Shown here one piece after another: positions 57,080 through 64,000 of a stretch of 64,000 bases of DNA (its first letter is position 1; every line of letters starts with the position of its first letter). The translations under genes and the position numbers were made by a program. The DNA is from the human T2T-CHM13v2.0 reference genome, Homo sapiens. Under the pieces are notes generated by a model. It searched no databases and had not been told where the DNA came from. It was given only the letters and a program-made list of their open reading frames with translations. Location: the NCBI RefSeq assembly GCF_009914755.1, contig NC_060937.1. One strand, written 5' to 3'.

Positions 57080-60000
57080 CATCCTCTGGATATTAGGAGC
57101 CACATGGCAGGGGGGTGGCACCCTCCACCATATGGGGAGTAGTATCACCCCCCTCTTCCCCCCGGATATGAGGTGTTTCCACGTGTGTTTACAATATTAA
57201 GGGTAATGCCATCTCCCCCTTTGGAAATTACAAACAATATCACAGGAAGTGTACAGCACCTGCAATATTGGGAATAATATTATCCTCTCCCACTTCTGGG
57301 TATAAGGGAAAATATCACAAAAAAGGTGTACACCCCCTGCGATATTGGCAGTAATATCATTTTCTCTATTTTTGAATATTAGGAAAAAATATCACAGAGG
57401 TGGTGTATATCTCCTGCGATATTGGGAGTAATATCATCCTCTTCCCCCCGGATATTAGGAACAATATCACAGGGGGGTGTACACCTCTGCGATATTAGGA
57501 GTAATATCATTGTCTCCCCCTGGATATTAGGAACAATACCAAAGGGGGGCATATTCCCCCCTGCAATATTGTGAGCAATGTTGTCATCTCCCCCTCTGGA
57601 TATTAGGAGAAACATCACAAAACGGGTGTATATCTCTTGCAATATTGGGAGTAATGTCATTTTCTACCCCACCTGGATATTAGGAAAAATATCACAAAAG
57701 GGGTGTACACCTTCTGCGATATTGGGAGTAATATCATCCTCTTTTTGAATATAAGGAAAAATATCACAGAAGGGGTGTACACCCCTTGTGATATTGAGAG
57801 TAATATCACCCTCTCCTTTCATGAATTTTAAATACAATATCAAAGGGGGTTATACACCATCTGCTATATCAGGAGTAATACTGCCATCTCCCTCACTGGA
57901 TATTAAGAGAAATATCACAAAAGAAGTGTACACCTCCTGTGATATTGGGTGTAATACCGTATTCTCTCCCTCTGGATATTAGGAACAATATCACGGGGGG
58001 GTGTACACCCTTTTCGATATTGTGAGTAATATCATCCTCTCCTTTTTGAATATAAAGAAAAATGTCACAGAAAGGGAGTACACCTCCTGAGATACTTGGA
58101 GTAATATTATCCTCTCCTACCCCTGGATATTAGGAATAATATCACTGTGGGGTGTACTGTCTTGTGATATTGGGAGTAATATCATCCTCTGCCACCTGGA
58201 TATTAGAAACAATATCACAGGGGAGGTGTACACCCCCTGCAACATTCGGAGTAATATTATTGTCTCTTTCCCTAAGTATTAGGAACAATATCACAAGGAG
58301 CGTATACACCCCCTGCAATATTGGAAGTAATATCATCCTCTCCTTTCGCGAATTTTAGGAACAATATTACAGGGGAGGTATACATTTCCTTCTATATTGG
58401 GAGTAATATCATCCTCTCCCCCACTGGATACTGAAAACCACATAGCAGTGGGGTGTACACCCTTGCGATACTGGGAGTAGTATTATCCTCTAACCCTTGG
58501 ATATCATGAGGGAGTGTGTACATTAACTGCGATATTGGGAGTAATATCATCCTTCTTCCTTTGGATATTAGGAACAATATCGCAGGGAGGGTGTACACCC
58601 CTTGCTATACTGGAAGGAATATCATCCCCTCCCCTCACGGTTATTAGAAACAATATCACAGCGGGGGTGTACACCTCCTTCAATATTGAGAGTAATTTAA
58701 TCCTCTCCCCACTTGGATATTACAAACAATATCACAAGGAACTGTACACACCCTGTGATAATGAAAGTAATATCATCCCCTCCATATTTGAATATTGGGA
58801 AAAATATCATAAGGGAGGTGAACACTTTCTGCGATATTGGAAGTAATATCACCCTGTCCCCCCTGGATATTAGGAGCACTATCACAAAGGAGGTGTACAC
58901 CGCCTGCGATTTTTGGAGTAATATCATTCCCCCTTTGAATATTAGGAAAAATATCAAAAAGGGGGTGTACACCCCCTGCGATATTGGGATTAATGTCATC
59001 CTCTGCCCCCCTGGATATTAGGAACAATATAACAAAAATAGTACACCCTGTGATATTGGGAGTAATATCATCCTCTCCCCACCTGGATTTTAGGAACAAT
59101 ATCATGGCGGGGGGGATGTACATTCCCTGTGATATTGGGAGTAATATCGTCATCTCCTTCCCCAAATATTAGGAACAATATCAACAGGAGGATATATAGT
59201 CCTCGTGATATTGGGAATAATATCGTCCCCTTATTTTTTGAATTCTAGGAACAGTATCACAGGGGACGTGTACATCCTCTGCTATATTGGGAGTAATACC
59301 ACCCTCTCCCCCACTGTATATTAAAAACAATATAACAGTGGGGTTGTACACCGCTGTGATACTGAGAGTAATATCATTCCCTCCCTTACTGGATATGAGA
59401 AACAATATCACAGAAGAGGTGTTCACCCCTTGGGATATTGGGAGAAATATCATCCTTTTCCTTCCTGGATATTAGAAACAACATCACGGGGAGTGAGGTG
59501 TATATTCCCTGTGATTTTGGGAGGAATATCATCCTCCTGCCCCTAGATGTTAGGAACAATATCACATACAGGGTTTACACCCTCTGCGATAGTGAAAGGA
59601 ATATCATCCTCTCCCCTCATAATTATTAAGAACCATATCACAGGGGGGTGTACATCTTTTTTGACATTGAGACTATATTCATTCTCTCCCCTTCTAAATA
59701 TTAGAAACAATATCAATGGGGGGTTGCACATCTCCTGCGATATTGGTCGTAATATGATCATCTCTCAACCTGGGTATTAGGAACAATATCACAGGGAAGG
59801 TGTATACGCCATGTGATATTGGGACTAATATCATCCTCTCCCGCTTTGGATAGCAGGAACAATATCACAGGGGTAGTGTACACCTCCTGCTATATTGGAA
59901 GTAATATCATCTTCTCCCTACTCGGATATCAAAAACAATATCACGGTAGGGTTGTACACCTTCTGCTGTACTGAAAGTAGTGTAATCCTCTCCTTCCTTT

Positions 60001-63000
60001 ATTATTAGGAAGAATATCACAGGGGGGTGTACACCCCCTGCAATATTGGGAGTAATATCACCCTCTTCCCTCACTGGATATTAGAAAAAATATCACGAGG
60101 GGGTGTACACCCCCTGGATATTAACAGTAGTATCATCGTCTCCCCCCTTGAATATTAGGAACAATATTACAAGGGGGGTGTATGCTTTCTGTGATCTAGG
60201 GAGTAATATCATCCTCTCCACTGGATATTAGGAATAATATCACGAGTGGTTGTACACCTGCTGCGATATTTGGAGTAATATCATACTCTCCCCTTCTAGA
60301 TATTAGGAACAATATCACAGGGGGGTGTATTTTCTGTTCGACATTGAAAGTAAAGTTATCCTCTCCCCTTCTGAATATTAGAAACAATATCACAGGTGTG
60401 TACACCGCTTTCGATATTGGGAATAATATCATCAACTCCCCACCTCGATTTTAGAAAAAATATCACCAGGGTGGTTACACACCCTGTGATACTGGGAGTA
60501 ATATCATCCTTTCGCCCCCTGGATATTAGGAACAATATCATAGGGGGAGTGCACATTCCCTGCGCTATTGGGAGTAATATTATCCTCTCCCCCTCTGGAG
60601 ATTAGGAACAATATCTCGCTGGAGATGTACACCTCCTGCGATATTGGGAGTAGTATCATCCTCTCCCTGTCTGGATATTAGGAATAGTATCTAAGGGGGG
60701 TTGCACACCTCTTGTGATACTGGGCGTAATATCATCCTCTCCCAACCTGGATATGAGGAACAATATCACGGGGAAGGTGTATACCCCATGAGATACTGGG
60801 AGTAATATCATCCTCTCCCTCTTTGGATAGCAGGAACAATATTACAGAGGGGTGTACACCTCCTGCGATATTGGGAGTAATGTCATCCTCTTCCCCACTG
60901 GATATTAAAAACAATATCACTGGGGGATACACATTCCCTTCGATATTGGGAGTAATATCACTCTCTTTTCCCATTGATATTCGGAACAATATCCCAAAGG
61001 GGGAGTACACTCCCTGCGATATTGGGAGTAATATCACCCTCTGCACCCCTGGATATAAGGAACAATATAACATAAGGGCTGTACACGCCTGCGATATTGG
61101 AAGTGATAGCACTCTCTCCCCCACTAGATATTAGCAACAATATCACAGGGGAAGTGTACAACCCTGTGATATTGAGAGTAATATTATCCTCTGTTTTCCT
61201 GGATATTAGGAACAATATCACCGGGGCGTTGTCCACCCCCTGCGATACTGGGGGTAACATCATCCTCTCCCTTCCTGAATATTAAGAACAATATCACAAG
61301 GGGGGTGTACATGCCCTTTGATATTGGGAGTAATATTATCCTCTCCCCACCTGTATATTAGGAACAATATCACAGGAGGTTGTACACCCCCTGGGTTATT
61401 GGGAGAAATATTATCCTCTCCCTTCTGGATATTAGGAACAAAATCACAGGGGGCTGTACATTCCTTGCAATATTGGGAGTAATAGCATCCTCTCCCCACT
61501 TAAATATTGGTAACAATATCACCGGGGGGTGTACAACCCCTGCTATATTGGGAGTAATATCATCATCTCCCCCCTTTTAATATTAGGAACAATATCACGG
61601 GAGGGGTGTACACCCCCTGCGATATTGGAATTAATATCATCCTCTTCTTCTTTGAATATCAGGAAAAATATCACAAAGGGGTTGTATATCCCCTGTGATA
61701 TTGGGTTTAATATCATCCACTTCCCCCCTGGATATTAGAAACAATTTCACAGGGGGTTGTACACCCCTGTGATATTGGGAGTAATATAATCTTCTCCACA
61801 CCTGGATATTAGAAACAATATCACAGGAGGGGTGTACACCCCCTCTGATATTGGTAATAATATTGTTGTCTCCCTCCTTGGATATTAGGAACAACATCAC
61901 AAGGAGGGTATACACCTCCTGAGCTATTGGGAATTATATTATCCTCTCTTTTCGTTAATATTAGGAAAAATTTCATGGGGTGGGGGTGTACACCCCCTGC
62001 TATATTGGGGGTAATATCATCCTCTCCTCTTCTGGATGCTAAAAACAATATAACAGTAGGGGTGTGCATGCCCGGCGATATTGGCAGTAATATCCTCTAC
62101 TTCCCTGGATATTTAAAACAATATCACGGGAGATGTGTACATTTCCTGGGATATTATTTTCCTTCCCCTGGATATTAGGAAGACTATCACATGGAGGGTG
62201 TATACACCTTTTGTGATATTGGAAGGAATATCATCCACTCCCCTAATTTTTATTAGAAACAATATCACAAGGGGGGTGTACACATCCTGCAATATTGATA
62301 GTAATATCATCCTCTCCCCATGTGGATATTACATAAAATATTACAGGGATGTGTAAACCCCCTGCTATATTGAGAGTAGTATCATCATCTCCCACCATGA
62401 GTATTGGGAAAAATGTCACAGGGGGGTGTACACCCCTTTCGATATTGGGAATAATATCATCCACTCCCCCCATCAATATTGGAAAAAATATCACCGGGGG
62501 GGGGTGTTACACTCCCTGTGATACTGGGAGTAATATCATCCTTTCGCCCCCTGGATATTGGGAACAATATCACAGGGGGTGTGTACATTCCCTGCGCTAT
62601 TGGGAGTAATATTATCCTCTCTTCCACCTCGATATTAGGAACAATATCTCACCGGGGGTGTACACCCCCTGCGATATTTGGAGTAGTATCATCCTCTCTC
62701 CTTCTGGATATTAGGAACAGTATCTAAGGGGGGTTGCACACCTCCTGTGATATTGGGGGTAATATCGTCCTCCCCTAACCTGGATATTAGGAACAATATT
62801 ACAGTGAGTGTGTATACCCCATGTGATACTGGGAGTAATATCATCCTCTCCGGCTTTGAATAGCAGGAACAGTATCACAGGGGGGTGTACACCCCATGCG
62901 ATATTGAGAGTAATATCATCCTCTTCCCAACTGGATATTAAAAACAATATCATGGGGGCATATACATTCCCTGTGATATTGGGAGTAATATCATCCTTTC

Positions 63001-64000
63001 TTCCCACGGATATTAGGAACAATATCCCAAAGGGGGAGCACACCCCCTGCGATATTGGGAGTAATATTATCCTCACCTCCCCCGGATATTAGGAACATTA
63101 TCACAGCGGGGGTGTACACTTCCTGTGATATTAGGCATAGTATCATCTTCTTCCCACCTGAATATTAAAAACGATATCATAGGGAGAATGTACATGCTCT
63201 TCGATATTGAGAGTAATATAATCCTCTCCTTCCCTAATTATTAGGAACAATATCAAAGGTGGGCGTACACGCCCTGAAATATGGAGAGTAATATCATCCT
63301 CTACCTCCCTGGAAATTAGGAACAATATCACAAGGGCTGTATTTAGAGTAATATTATCATGTCTCCGCCCCTGGATATTCAGAACAATATCACAGGGAAG
63401 GAGTACACTTCCAGTGTTATTGGGAGAAATACCAAATTCTCCCCCATTAAATATTACAAAAATATAACAGGGGGTTTACATCTCCTGCTATATGTAGAGT
63501 AATACCATCCTCTCACTTTCTGGAAATTGGGAACAACATCACAGAAGAGATGTACACCCCCTTCTATACTGGGAGTAATATCCTCTCTCTCCCTGGATAT
63601 TAAGAACAATATCACAGGGAGGATGTAAATCCCCTACGATATTAGGAGAAATATCATCATCTCCCCTCCAGATATTAGGAACTATATCACAAGGGGAGTT
63701 TATGCCCCGTGCAGTACTCGGAGTAATATAATCCTCTCCCTCTTGGATATTAGAAACAATATCACACAGGGGCGTACACCCCCTGCTATATTCAGAGCAA
63801 TATTATGCTCTCTTTCCCTGGATATTAGAAACAATATCATAGGGGGGTGTACACCCCCTGCCATATTGTTAGTAATATCTTCCTCTCCCTTTTTGGATAT
63901 TAGAATCAAAATCACCGGGGCCAGGGGGAGGTGTAAACCCGCTGCGGTATTGGGAGTAATAAATTCCTCTCTCCCACATATAACAGAAACTATACCACAG
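57080..64000 (-). repeat. Same ~76-bp satellite in inverted orientation, right arm (runs off the window)
   Basis: Monomers read GATATTGGGAGTAATATCATCCTCTCCCCCCTGGATATTAGGAACAATATCACAGGGGGTGTACACCCC, the reverse complement of the left arm. Confidence 0.92.

Noticed and set aside
48571-63915. Dozens of overlapping ORFs (up to 200 aa) with repeated ILGVISSS / DDITPNIAG / VILFLIS peptides
   Set aside because: They are translations of the satellite in all six frames, with constant frameshifts because the monomer length is not a stable multiple of 3. No gene structure.
48598-64000. CRISPR-like appearance (palindromic repeats with variable spacers)
   Set aside because: The spacers are homologous to each other, the repeats are degenerate, there are no cas genes, and the context is primate DNA.

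Overview
AT-rich, CpG-depleted primate (human or great ape) genomic DNA. I find no supportable intact protein-coding gene; the supplied ORFs derive from repeats or are chance frames. Bases 1-38 kb are ordinary intergenic/intronic sequence with Alu, L1, L2, MIR and MLT1 copies, a near full-length Tigger1, and a MER2 nested in a MER20. At 38170-43769 is a two-LTR HERV-H provirus (LTR7-type LTRs, perfect tRNA-His PBS, AAGAT target-site duplication) with defective gag/pro/pol. From ~48.6 kb to the window end is a ~76-bp SATR1/SATR2-type satellite. Its monomers contain nested palindromes, it flips orientation at ~57.07 kb into a multi-kb imperfect inverted repeat, and it has kb-scale internal duplications. 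The most interesting observations are the satellite architecture, the motif asymmetry between the two LTRs, and a 40-bp MIR-derived hairpin at 32.3 kb. I cannot support a genuinely new biological system from sequence alone. Repeat family names come from recalled consensus sequences, not a database search.
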